Part shown: piece by piece, positions 24,920-33,245 of the stretch | Numbering within the stretch: position 1 is the stretch's first letter | Layout of the letters: every line of letters starts with the position of its first letter | IMG/VR virus record: IMGVR_UViG_3300033144_002476 | Coordinates: 1 to 39,275 of that record | From: a virus | Reading direction: 5' to 3' (one strand) | Length of the DNA: 39,275 nucleotides | Made by a program: the position numbers and the translations under genes | Notes under the pieces: generated by a model | What the model was told of the DNA's origin: nothing | Seen by the model: the letters and a program-made list of their open reading frames with translations, nothing else | Databases searched by the model: none

Positions 24920-24950
24920 ATTTTCCTCCTAATTTTATTTAGTTTAAGTT

Positions 24951-24966
24951 TATTTTAAAACCAACG
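24951..24966 (-). promoter_or_regulatory. conserved box CGTTGGTTTTAAAATA
   Basis: Directly after the stop of 24967..25293. Followed by AACTTAAACTAAATA and the SD of 24557..24919. Confidence 0.6.
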
Positions 24967-25293
24967 TTAATCGTAATCCTCGTATATTTCTACTTTAAGA
25001 GAATGGTCTTCTGGCATTGTCATTACTGTTTCGTCTGCGAATGTTACTTCAAATTCTCCAAAGAAATCTCCTATTGTGTTTGTGTCGCTTGTTCCGTCCC
25101 AACGGTATTCTACTTCTCCTGCACTTGCGTCTGTAATGTCTGCACTTGCACTGTGAACATTTTTATAAGAAGAATTACCTAGATTAAATTGAACTGTTGC
25201 GTCTGTTAAGTCAATTACTGTTCCATCTGCTTCTTTAAGTACTACTGCTAAATAAGGTTTTGTGTCGTTTTTTTTAATTCTGAATATGCTCAT
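24967..25293 (-). CDS. Ig-like/BppU-N-like small structural protein (108 aa)
   Basis: KKNDTKPYLAVVL...DGTVIDLTDATVQFNL...GEVEYRW...GDFFGEFEVTF matches a pattern common in phage fibre/baseplate accessory domains. Confidence 0.4.
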   Translation of the reverse strand: MSIFRIKKNDTKPYLAVVLKEADGTVIDLTDATVQFNLGNSSYKNVHSASADITDASAGEVEYRWDGTSDTNTIGDFFGEFEVTFADETVMTMPEDHSLKVEIYEDYD

Positions 25294-25493
25294 GTTGTCC
25301 TCCTTATAGTTATTCTATCTGGTGTATTTAATGTGTATCTGGTTTGGTTTCTTGATTTAAGTATAAAATTTGATTGACTTCTTGTTAAAATAATTCGTTT
25401 AAATAATTCAGGGACTTGAATTTCTAATAAAATATAACTTCCTGTTTCTAGTAAAAGTTTATCGCCTGATTCTAGTAATATTGTGTCTACCAT
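25290..25493 (-). CDS. hypothetical protein (67 aa)
   Basis: ORF track. Coupled at both ends. Confidence 0.55.
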   Translation of the reverse strand: MVDTILLESGDKLLLETGSYILLEIQVPELFKRIILTRSQSNFILKSRNQTRYTLNTPDRITIRRTT

Positions 25494-26129
25494 TTATTGA
25501 AAATCTCCATCCACTTTTATTTTTATTGGTTTGTCTACGAAGACTCCTGCTACTTTTGTTTTTATTGGTTTGTCTTGGAATGTTCCTGATATTTTTATTT
25601 TTCTTGTGAAGCCTGTTGGTTCTCCTTCTGCTGTAGCATAAATTGCATAAGCAAAATTACTAAAACTACTTCCGCTAGCTAATGAGGCTGGTAATTCTGT
25701 TAAACTTGTTGCGAAATTTATAGCTCGAGGACCAGCGTCAGTGTCGCCATTTGTAGTTGTTATAGCATTACTTTGATTACCTAGCGAACATACCCAATAT
25801 GTAGTTTCAGCATCAACTTCTATATCTACAGCAACAGTTTTCCACCCAGTACCTGTCCCTTTGGCGAATAATCCATGACCTATTAATGTGCCTGGTCTGT
25901 CGTCTCCAGAATTATGAGTATAAATGCCTAAATCAATATTCATATCATTTGTACTGTTATCTATCCACACACCCATTTCTGAAATCTTTGTTGTTCCTGC
26001 TGGGGTGTTATGTTTTACTCCCAAGAATTGAGAGTTGCTTGTTCCCCCCATTGTTCTGTTTGCGTCTACTGGGTCTGCTACTGGGGCTTCTGTTACAAAT
26101 CCAGCATTAACTCCTGAAACTACTGCCAT
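25494..26129 (-). CDS. structural protein with jelly-roll/lectin-like character and C-terminal 13-aa repeats (211 aa)
   Basis: ORF track. C-terminus KIKISGTFQDKPI KTKVAGVFVDKPI KIKVDGDFQ. Confidence 0.55.
   Translation of the reverse strand: MAVVSGVNAGFVTEAPVADPVDANRTMGGTSNSQFLGVKHNTPAGTTKISEMGVWIDNSTNDMNIDLGIYTHNSGDDRPGTLIGHGLFAKGTGTGWKTVAVDIEVDAETTYWVCSLGNQSNAITTTNGDTDAGPRAINFATSLTELPASLASGSSFSNFAYAIYATAEGEPTGFTRKIKISGTFQDKPIKTKVAGVFVDKPIKIKVDGDFQ
25497..25601. repeat. about 2.7 tandem copies of a 39-nt unit
   Basis: cacttttatttttattggtttgtct / tacttttgtttttattggtttgtct / tttttatttttcttgtg, encoding the 13-aa repeats. Confidence 0.7.
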
Positions 26130-26347
26130 CAGAACATCTCCTCTATATCTTTCTCAGCTTGATTATAATCACTTTGTAGTGCATCAAATTCAGTCTTATG
26201 AGAATTATTTATTTGAGTATTAATAGGTTTAAGTGCCTCTCTGTATTCTGTGTCTTTTTCTTTTCGCTTACTATCTAATTTCTTTCTAGTCCTTAATTCA
26301 TTAATCATCAATCTTAATATGTTTTCTTCTTCTTGTGTAAATACCAT
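26129..26347 (-). CDS. coiled-coil protein (72 aa)
   Basis: ORF track. GGAGGT SD. Confidence 0.6.
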   Translation of the reverse strand: MVFTQEEENILRLMINELRTRKKLDSKRKEKDTEYREALKPINTQINNSHKTEFDALQSDYNQAEKDIEEMF

Positions 26348-26365
26348 TTTTAACCTCCATAAGAT

Positions 26366-27364
26366 TTAACTTTCGTCAATAAAGGTATCACCATTAACAG
26401 CATTCGATGGTTCGACTGTTCCAATCCACTCTACACTAGTAAATCCAGAAGGTCTAGCTGTACCTGCGGTGCTACCATGATTAATATGCCCCTTTACATT
26501 TGTTTTAGTATATGAAACTTTATCATTAAATGTATCCCAATCTGTATCAGATAATGCTCCTGTTGTGCTTGTAGAAGATAAAGCCATACTTAATGCTTGA
26601 GTAGATAAAGATAATCCATTTGCTGTTCCAATTGTTACGGCACTATGTAATGTATCTTTTTGGGTTTGTGTTATATGTTCGTAACTTGTTCCGTCATTTA
26701 AACCTGCTAAAGAATTATGTGCAAAATCTCCCGCAGAATAAGTAGTATTTGTATAATTTCCTGAATGAATGTTTGTTGCTCCTTGGTCTGAAGTCCAGTC
26801 TATTATTTGATTTGCCGATAGTGTTGCTTGAAAGCCTGTATGTCCTGCGCTTGCATAATCTAATTGAGAAAAAGAAGCATGAGCCGTCGTGTTGGTGTCG
26901 GTATAATTAGCAGCATTAATAACTGCTGGGCTTTGGTCGGCTGTCCAATCAACTTCGACATCTTTAGTGAATCCCATCGTTGAAATATCACTTTCACTTA
27001 ATTGTGTATTCGTATCTGTATAATTAGCAGCATTAATATTAGTTGCGCCCAAATCAGTTGTCCAGTCTAAATGTTCATTTGCACTAACTCCGCTTAAATC
27101 ATCGTGAGTAAAATCTGAACTTACTTGGTCATCACTACCTGGAGCGTGTCTATCTGTTGTGTTAGCATCTACATCAGTATTATTACTTACTTCTGTGTCA
27201 AAGTCTGTTACTTGAGAAGCTGTTAAAGATAGATTATCTTGAATGTTTTTATAAGTGATTTTCTTGTTAGTAGCTGTGCCACTTACGTCGTCTACTATGG
27301 TAAGTAAATCTGCATCTACTGGGGTTGTTAATTCATCTAATGCAGTGATTTTCTGATTTGCTAT
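26366..27364 (-). CDS. fibre-like protein (332 aa) lacking a canonical start; proposed ATA start at 27364
   Basis: The frame is open 104 codons upstream of the track TTG (27052). The extension reads IANQKITALDELTTPVDADLLTIVDD..., typical of fibre N-termini. The DWT.D...N..NYT repeat spans the TTG. Confidence 0.6.
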   Translation of the reverse strand: MANQKITALDELTTPVDADLLTIVDDVSGTATNKKITYKNIQDNLSLTASQVTDFDTEVSNNTDVDANTTDRHAPGSDDQVSSDFTHDDLSGVSANEHLDWTTDLGATNINAANYTDTNTQLSESDISTMGFTKDVEVDWTADQSPAVINAANYTDTNTTAHASFSQLDYASAGHTGFQATLSANQIIDWTSDQGATNIHSGNYTNTTYSAGDFAHNSLAGLNDGTSYEHITQTQKDTLHSAVTIGTANGLSLSTQALSMALSSTSTTGALSDTDWDTFNDKVSYTKTNVKGHINHGSTAGTARPSGFTSVEWIGTVEPSNAVNGDTFIDES

Positions 27365-27477
27365 TTTTTAACCCCTAGAATCTTACTTACTTCAGTCTCT
27401 TTGTAAAACTCTCCATTTTTAATATTCTTTCTTGCGTCGTTAATTTCTTGTATTGTTTTGTTATTTAGTTTTTCCAT
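27361..27477 (-). CDS. mini-protein (38 aa, below track cutoff)
   Basis: Hand translation MEKLNNKTIQEINDARKNIKNGEFYKETEVSKILGVKK. No SD. ATG lies 21 nt after the TTTTAAAA of the conserved box. Confidence 0.45.
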   Translation of the reverse strand: MEKLNNKTIQEINDARKNIKNGEFYKETEVSKILGVKK

Positions 27478-27496
27478 AGTCTTATTTATTTAAGTT

Positions 27497-27512
27497 TATT
27501 TTAAAACCAACG
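27497..27512 (-). promoter_or_regulatory. conserved box CGTTGGTTTTAAAATA
   Basis: Directly after the stop of 27513..27902. Confidence 0.6.
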
Positions 27513-27902
27513 TTAAGTATACTTTCTTAGTATCTTTGGAATGTCGTTTTTAATTGTCGTTCTGACAAAGGGGAATGGAATTGATCCAAATTTAGTTATA
27601 TGTTTTGCTAGGTTCTCTGCTATCTTCCTCTTAACATCGACTGAATGTTTTCCTTTTAAATTTGGAATTATTTTAGCTTCTACCCAACTCATTATTTCTT
27701 CTGGTGTTGTTGGTCGCGCGAAACCATATTCGAGGTACTCCCCATAATCTTCCATGCTAATTACTATATCGTCTCCGTCTATTCGATAATGTATAGAAGA
27801 CTGAAGTGCGCCTGTAAACTTTCCATGTTCTTTTGTTAGTTTATCTTTTAAGCTTTCTGTTATTTCGATTCCTATTGCGTGCATACTAGCTTCGTCTACC
27901 AT
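27513..27902 (-). CDS. HK97 gp10-like neck/tail-completion protein
   Basis: GKFTGALQSSIHYRIDGDDIVISMEDYGEYLEYGF matches the gp10-family pattern (tG.L..Si...vEyG). Confidence 0.6.
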   Translation of the reverse strand: MVDEASMHAIGIEITESLKDKLTKEHGKFTGALQSSIHYRIDGDDIVISMEDYGEYLEYGFARPTTPEEIMSWVEAKIIPNLKGKHSVDVKRKIAENLAKHITKFGSIPFPFVRTTIKNDIPKILRKYT

Positions 27903-28288
27903 TATTCTAGTTTATAGAGATTGCATGAGGTATAAATTAGCTGAGCTTCTTCTTCTGGATTAAATACACCTGGCACATCGAAACTCTCCTTGGCTTGAAA
28001 TACTTCACCGTTTACAGTAAATTTAGAATTAATACTCACGTTGTCTGCTATTTTAAAAAGACCTACCATATCGCCTAATTCAATAAAACCAGCTTCTTTA
28101 TAATTAAAAGATTGATTTGTTTTCATTACATAACATTTAATCGAGACAGGTGTTCCATCTATTAAAGTTTCTTCTCCTGTTATGTTAGAAGTTGTTTTAG
28201 TTACTGGGGTGTGTGTGATAGTACGACCTGCGTATTCATTAAGTATCTGGTCAAAGTCTGCTGCACTTATTATTACGTTACTTGCCAT
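27902..28288 (-). CDS. head-closure/head-tail joining protein (128 aa)
   Basis: Size and position between the adaptor and the gp10-like gene. TAATG coupling. Confidence 0.4.
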   Translation of the reverse strand: MASNVIISAADFDQILNEYAGRTITHTPVTKTTSNITGEETLIDGTPVSIKCYVMKTNQSFNYKEAGFIELGDMVGLFKIADNVSINSKFTVNGEVFQAKESFDVPGVFNPEEEAQLIYTSCNLYKLE

Positions 28289-29169
28289 TATGCAAAATTA
28301 GTAAAAGGACGGTAAGAATTAATTGTCCTAAAATCTCCTCCTATTTGTCCTGTTGTTTGACTTCCATAAATTATACCTCGTGCTTCTCCTTGAAGTGTTG
28401 CCACAGCTTCCCTAATATTTGTGTACGGCTCGCCTTTGGATGCAGTCAATCCACCAGGTAAACTTACGTTCGTAAAATCGTCAAAAGTTCCAGAAATTTG
28501 TGATACCAAAGTTCTTATCCCTGCAATACAAATACATAATCTTTTAATTATTCTAGGTAAAGGATAAACTCCGTAAATATATTCTAAGTCTATTAATTGT
28601 TTTCTTGTATCGCTAAAATAATTTACTTCTACGTCACTTGTGCCTAATACTAATTTTCCTGAATCATTGTATTGATAAACATATTCAGGTGTTACATTTA
28701 CATCATCTATCGTTAAAGAGTTAAGATTGATTAATGGTTGGTATTGTACAAAGAAGTTTTTTGTTCCGTCTCCGTCTTTTGTTTGACTTTTATAACCTAA
28801 TTTTACTATTCTAAATTGAGAAGTTACGTCTGTTGCTTCACTAAAAACAGAACTTACTGTTATTTTAGTTTTATTGTTTGCACTTATTTCTCTGTATTCT
28901 CCTGCGTTAGTTCCAGCATGAATCCAAAGAACATAACCTATATACTGATTATCTGTCATATCAAGTGTAGTAAGACTTAAAGTAGTTGTAGAATAGTCTC
29001 CATCTGCTGTTCCACTCTCTTCTATTGAACCGAATTTAGTTTTATAAATATCTTCTATTTCTTCTTCGCTGTCTAAAATGAAAGCTTGAATGTTTGCATC
29101 AGTTACTGGCGCACCTGTTGCTGGAAAATCTATTGCTGCTTTTACTTCGGAAACGGTTGCGTATGTCAT
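28288..29169 (-). CDS. head-tail adaptor/connector-like protein (293 aa)
   Basis: N-terminus MTYATVSEVKAAI...DANIQAFILDSEEEIEDIY resembles gp6-like connector proteins. Position downstream of the capsid genes. Confidence 0.45.
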   Translation of the reverse strand: MTYATVSEVKAAIDFPATGAPVTDANIQAFILDSEEEIEDIYKTKFGSIEESGTADGDYSTTTLSLTTLDMTDNQYIGYVLWIHAGTNAGEYREISANNKTKITVSSVFSEATDVTSQFRIVKLGYKSQTKDGDGTKNFFVQYQPLINLNSLTIDDVNVTPEYVYQYNDSGKLVLGTSDVEVNYFSDTRKQLIDLEYIYGVYPLPRIIKRLCICIAGIRTLVSQISGTFDDFTNVSLPGGLTASKGEPYTNIREAVATLQGEARGIIYGSQTTGQIGGDFRTINSYRPFTNFA

Positions 29170-29405
29170 TACTTTTTACCTCGTTTCTTTTTAGATTTAA
29201 GAGGTTTTACTACCTCGCTTACTATTGTTTCTGCTACGTCCTTAATTGATTCAACTGCTTCGGTAGTTTCTTTGACTGCTTTTTTTACTGAATCACGAAT
29301 CTTCTTAATAGCAATTCTTCCTTCTGAATCCTTTACAAACTCGTATCCTTCTGGAGTACTATCTTCAGTTACTTTATTTGACATACTTTGTGTTGTTATT
29401 ACCAT
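29169..29405 (-). CDS. hypothetical Lys/Glu-rich protein (78 aa)
   Basis: ORF track. AGGAGGA SD. Confidence 0.6.
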   Translation of the reverse strand: MVITTQSMSNKVTEDSTPEGYEFVKDSEGRIAIKKIRDSVKKAVKETTEAVESIKDVAETIVSEVVKPLKSKKKRGKK

Positions 29406-29527
29406 GTTTTCCTCCTATTTGATTTATTTTTTGGATCGAAATAATAAAATTGAACTGTTTTAATTAATGCGCCTACTAAACATACTATTCCTATTATATC
29501 TTGGACGCTTAAAATTTTTTCTATCAT
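29399..29527 (-). CDS. small membrane protein (42 aa, below track cutoff)
   Basis: Hand translation MIEKILSVQDIIGIVCLVGALIKTVQFYYF... ATGA overlap with the upstream stop. Confidence 0.4.
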   Translation of the reverse strand: MIEKILSVQDIIGIVCLVGALIKTVQFYYFDPKNKSNRRKTW

Positions 29528-29961
29528 ACTAACTCATCCCCGTTTTTATCCCTAGTGTCATTGATTAATCCTATTGGAGTTAAACTTGTCATAAACCAAT
29601 TACCCTTTTCTTGATTGTCTTTCACAAAAGAACTAGCTTCAATTGAATCCAGGTCGTCTTCTATTGGTTTAATCATTTTAAAGAATTTTCTGAACCATTT
29701 TATATACTTTTGAGCCTTTGCATATAATGCATGGGAAGTATTCTTTTGAAAGTCTTTTTTATCTTGATTGTATCGCATCATGCCTTTCAAATCAGCTAGA
29801 ACTTCTTTATATGCACATTCATTAAATCCTAAATTATATAATTTTAATTCACGGACTCTTAACTTACCTTTACCATCACAGTATTCTCTACCGTTAAATG
29901 CCTCTTCGAACTTTCCGAGGTGTTCTGCCCATCCTTCCGCAAGTACTATTATATGACTCAA
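29524..29961 (-). CDS. hypothetical protein (145 aa), TTG start
   Basis: GGAGGT lies 7 nt before TTG. TTGA overlap with a 13-codon leader ORF (29958..29999). Confidence 0.55.
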   Translation of the reverse strand: MSHIIVLAEGWAEHLGKFEEAFNGREYCDGKGKLRVRELKLYNLGFNECAYKEVLADLKGMMRYNQDKKDFQKNTSHALYAKAQKYIKWFRKFFKMIKPIEDDLDSIEASSFVKDNQEKGNWFMTSLTPIGLINDTRDKNGDELV

Positions 29962-30051
29962 GTGGATACCTCCAGTGATTTCTTTTTGTTTCTTTCCATT
30001 TTTCTCCTTTGATTTTAATTCTCTCGAACCTAATAATAAAAATAAAAAATT

Positions 30052-30067
30052 GTTTATTAAACCAACG
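30052..30067 (-). promoter_or_regulatory. degenerate copy of the conserved box (CGTTGGTTTAATAAAC)
   Basis: Lies 6 nt after the stop of 30074..30367. Confidence 0.35.
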
Positions 30068-30073
30068 ATTGAT

Positions 30074-30367
30074 TTACTTACCCCAGATTACATAAACTCT
30101 CTTAGCGTCAGTATTACCCGAGCCGCCAAGTGTAATTGTCAAAACGCCGGCACTTACTGCTGTAGTTGGTGCTTCTGTCGTAACAATACTGTTTTCTGTA
30201 TCATGTGATTGTCCTAATATTCCTAAAAATGTAGATATACCGTAATCTGCTAGTGTAATTGCTACAGTATCGGCTGTATCTGCTGTGTTTGGAGTCTCTA
30301 CTACCAACATCTTTCGACCTTGATTTGGTACCGCATCTGTGATTGTACTTGTTGTTATTGCTGCCAT
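30074..30367 (-). CDS. small Thr/Ala-rich capsid-associated protein (97 aa)
   Basis: ORF track. AGGAGGA SD. Loosely similar in composition and C-terminal pattern to the two upstream paralogues. Confidence 0.55.
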   Translation of the reverse strand: MAAITTSTITDAVPNQGRKMLVVETPNTADTADTVAITLADYGISTFLGILGQSHDTENSIVTTEAPTTAVSAGVLTITLGGSGNTDAKRVYVIWGK

Positions 30368-30399
30368 ATTTTTTCCTCCTGTTTGTATTTAGTTTAAGT

Positions 30400-30669
30400 T
30401 TATCTGAAGATAATTAATCCGCTTGCTGCTGTTGCTGTTGCGCTTGAAAGTGTGATTACATTAGTCGTAATACCACTAACTACATTAGCAACACCATCTG
30501 CATCAGTAGTTACATCTGCGAATAAAACTTCATTAGCATTTGTAACAGTCCAAGTATCGTTCTGGGCTCCGTATGCACCACTATCAATGAAACCTAGCTT
30601 TAAACCAGCGTTTGTTGCTCCACCGAGTTCTGCTATCCTTATTGCTACTACATTTGTGTTTGTTGTCAT
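30400..30669 (-). CDS. decoration-like protein, paralogue 2 (89 aa)
   Basis: Aligns along its full length with 30689..30955 (MxTNTNV..RIAELGGATNAG.K.GFIDSGA..AQNDTWTV.NA...GLIIFR). Confidence 0.6.
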   Translation of the reverse strand: MTTNTNVVAIRIAELGGATNAGLKLGFIDSGAYGAQNDTWTVTNANEVLFADVTTDADGVANVVSGITTNVITLSSATATAASGLIIFR

Positions 30670-30688
30670 TTTTTGTGTCTCCTTTTAG

Positions 30689-30955
30689 TTATCTGAATAT
30701 GATTAGTCCACTTGTTGCACCAGTTGCTGCTGATGTAAGTGTCAAAACATTATCTGAGATAGTGACTGCCTCTGCTGTGCCGGCTGAGTCGTCTTTTATG
30801 AATGCTGCCAAAACAACTTTAGCATTTTTTACAGTCCAAGTATCGTTCTGGGCTGCTTTTGCTCCGCTGTCTATAAATCCCATTTTAATTCCAGCATTTG
30901 TAGCTCCGCCTAACTCTGCTATTCGTCCTGCTGTTACGTTTGTATTTGTTGCCAT
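30689..30955 (-). CDS. decoration-like protein, paralogue 1 (88 aa)
   Basis: Immediately downstream of the major capsid gene. Tandem duplicate of 30400..30669. AGGAGGA SD. Confidence 0.6.
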   Translation of the reverse strand: MATNTNVTAGRIAELGGATNAGIKMGFIDSGAKAAQNDTWTVKNAKVVLAAFIKDDSAGTAEAVTISDNVLTLTSAATGATSGLIIFR

Positions 30956-31010
30956 TTGTATATATCCTCCTTTTGGGTGATTATAAAGTGCTTATCGCGC
31001 ACAACTCGCC

Positions 31011-31056
31011 AACCATCACAACTGGTTGATACTGGGTTATTTTTAAGCTAATAACC
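31011..31056 (-). terminator. two consecutive stem-loops after the capsid gene
   Basis: GGTTATT-N8-AATAACC (31035..31056) and AACCA-N7-TGGTT (31011..31027), plus GTGC-N7-GCAC (30988..31002), in a 95-nt GC-enriched gap. Confidence 0.4.
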
Positions 31057-31075
31057 AAACTTAGACTTTTACAAA

Positions 31076-32167
31076 TTAAGCACTGATTTCAGTGATACTT
31101 GAACAAAAGGCTGTATTTTTGATAATCAAAGTTTCGTACACTTTTAACATAAACTTATCAGAATCGTTATTTTTACCGAAATCTTCATAAGTCATGTCTT
31201 GTAGAACTCTCATTTCAACTACACTCATATCAAGAAAGTAAATTGCTTTACTTCCAGACACATTTGTTAGATACTGACTTGGTATAACTGGTATCTGTCC
31301 AACCATTGTATTAAGAACGATTGTACTGAATCCCCAGAATACTTCCTTAGTAGGTTGCATGTAACCAATCTTAGCTGTCAATAAGCCTAGTAGATCTTGA
31401 AATACTCCACTAGAACAAACTGCTAAGTTAGGTCTTCCACCATCATCGAAAGCATATCTAACTGCTGTATCAATATCATCTAGAGTCATAGCAGAAGTGT
31501 TTTTATCAACTGTGTTTGTAGTACTCATTAGCTTTACAATTCCTGAGAACTGTGTAGCATCTGTACTTGCATCACCGTTAACAATCAAATTCTCTTCTAG
31601 TTCTCTAATCTCTCGAGCCTTTACTAGAATTTCTAACTGCTTTGCATTTGTACCAACTGAATCATTAAATGGTCCTGTTGCTCCACCTGCGGAAGTTAGT
31701 CCTCCTAAAATCCAACTTGGCATTCCTGCTTTTGCTGGACCTGTAACTCTACCGATTGCGTATAGATATTTAATAGCTGTACTTTTCCTATCGTAAGTAG
31801 TAGTAGTATCAGTCAAAACTGCATCTTCTATTGCTGTAACTCCTCCTCCTTTTGCTGTAAGTTGATTGTAATCTGCAAACATTCCTTGGTTAGTTACTCT
31901 TGGTACTAATTCTACCAAAGGCGTATACTTCCTAGTAACATCTACAATTCTTGGGTCTACATTTACTGGGATCATTCCGTAACCTGCTGTTCCTGAACCA
32001 CCTGCTTGTGTGTCAAGAGCTTTTAAGGCAATATCCTTAAACTTGTTACCGATAGCTTCCAAAGTAGTCTCGCCTGCTACACCTTTTAATTGTACCCCCA
32101 TAGGGTTACTATAACAGGTGTGATTTGGCATATCCAAAAAACTTACTGCGTAATTTCCATTTTCCAT
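31076..32167 (-). CDS. major capsid protein (HK97-fold type)
   Basis: 363 aa, directly after the protease-scaffold gene. Strong GGAGGA SD. Sequence character is typical of HK97-like capsid proteins. Confidence 0.75.
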   Translation of the reverse strand: MENGNYAVSFLDMPNHTCYSNPMGVQLKGVAGETTLEAIGNKFKDIALKALDTQAGGSGTAGYGMIPVNVDPRIVDVTRKYTPLVELVPRVTNQGMFADYNQLTAKGGGVTAIEDAVLTDTTTTYDRKSTAIKYLYAIGRVTGPAKAGMPSWILGGLTSAGGATGPFNDSVGTNAKQLEILVKAREIRELEENLIVNGDASTDATQFSGIVKLMSTTNTVDKNTSAMTLDDIDTAVRYAFDDGGRPNLAVCSSGVFQDLLGLLTAKIGYMQPTKEVFWGFSTIVLNTMVGQIPVIPSQYLTNVSGSKAIYFLDMSVVEMRVLQDMTYEDFGKNNDSDKFMLKVYETLIIKNTAFCSSITEISA

Positions 32168-32262
32168 ATTTTTTCCTCCATTGTGATTTAGTTTTGATTT
32201 TAAGTTTTCTCTTGATTTTTTGGTCTTGCTTGACCGTTTTTATGACTGTTCTGTCTGGCTAA

Positions 32263-33225
32263 TTACTGAATTAAGTCCAAAGTTCCAGTGATAGATTTCT
32301 CTACAACCTTTTTTGGTGTTTCAGATAATGTGCTCTTAAAGACTGGGCTTTCCTTGATTGTCTTGATTTCGTTAGCCTGTTTTTCAACAAGTGCTTTCAA
32401 TTCAGCGACAACTTTGTCAGTAGCAGATTTTGCTTCTACTTCTGGCTTAGCTTCTTCTTTAGATTCTTCTTCTGCCTTTTCTTCTACTGGAGCTTCTGCT
32501 TCTTTAGATTCTTCTTTTACTTCTTCTTTTACTTCAGCTTCAGGGGTCTCGACAGTTTCAGTCTCTACTTTTTCTGTTTCTTCCATATTTTTATCCTCCA
32601 TAGATTTAGTTAGAAGTGTAATAAGTGATTTACTGACAAGTACTTTTTCTTCTTTAGTGTCTTTGATTGCTTTCAAGAAAATAGATTTCATTGTGTGTCC
32701 TGTCATTTTAGCGCCTTCGTTTACTGGTGTAGCAGTCAAAGCAACATTTAATAATTCTAAATCGTCTATTAACCTGACTGTTGTATCTCCTATTGATTTT
32801 TCTACTGTACGAAGTGGTTTAAATGCTATACTAAACGAATCAAGAAATCCGTCTTTGATACTTCCCCATAGTGCTTTGTATTTAGGAGAATGAGAATTAA
32901 GTTGTGCCTTTACCCACAAACCTCTATCATCTACTTTTGCTTCTACTATCTTTCCTACTGGGAGAATTGTATTGTCGTCTCTAAAGGCTTCGTGTTCGTA
33001 GTCTAGTGTGATTGTTTTTTCACTGATTTGTTTTAGCATTGATTTCATTGCTGCGGGGGTAATTAAATCGTTGTATAAATCAATCTCAGGTACTGAAATA
33101 TAACCTGTTACATAAGACTGCTTATCTCCCTTAAGCCCTACGCTAGAATAAGTAATCTTATCAGTAAAGAAACTATAATCTAATTGGCTATTCGCTTGTT
33201 GTATCAACTCTTGCTCTGCATTCAT
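32263..33225 (-). CDS. prohead protease (HK97/S78 family) fused to an acidic scaffold-like C-terminal region
   Basis: DYEHEAF...LPVGKIVEAKVDDRGLWVKAQL...GFLDSFSIAF matches the S78 pattern. The C-terminal half is a Glu/Lys/Val-rich coil. Confidence 0.8.
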   Translation of the reverse strand: MNAEQELIQQANSQLDYSFFTDKITYSSVGLKGDKQSYVTGYISVPEIDLYNDLITPAAMKSMLKQISEKTITLDYEHEAFRDDNTILPVGKIVEAKVDDRGLWVKAQLNSHSPKYKALWGSIKDGFLDSFSIAFKPLRTVEKSIGDTTVRLIDDLELLNVALTATPVNEGAKMTGHTMKSIFLKAIKDTKEEKVLVSKSLITLLTKSMEDKNMEETEKVETETVETPEAEVKEEVKEESKEAEAPVEEKAEEESKEEAKPEVEAKSATDKVVAELKALVEKQANEIKTIKESPVFKSTLSETPKKVVEKSITGTLDLIQ

Positions 33226-33245
33226 AAATAAATAAAATATAAAAT

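Noticed and set aside
26366-27364. Diversity-generating retroelement acting on the repeated fibre motif (DWT.D...N..NYT)
   Set aside because: No reverse transcriptase and no separate template repeat anywhere in the genome. The repeats are in-frame internal protein repeats.
32288-32893. 201-aa plus-strand ORF. Other plus-strand ORFs in the track behave the same way, e.g. 2918..3493, 4283..4660, 29086..29463, 30612..30980, 31497..31796 and 21053..21376.
   Set aside because: All are antisense to well-supported minus-strand genes and have low-complexity Ser/Phe/Leu-rich translations mirroring the sense-strand codon bias. They have no SD and no coupling to neighbours. Every supportable gene is on the minus strand.
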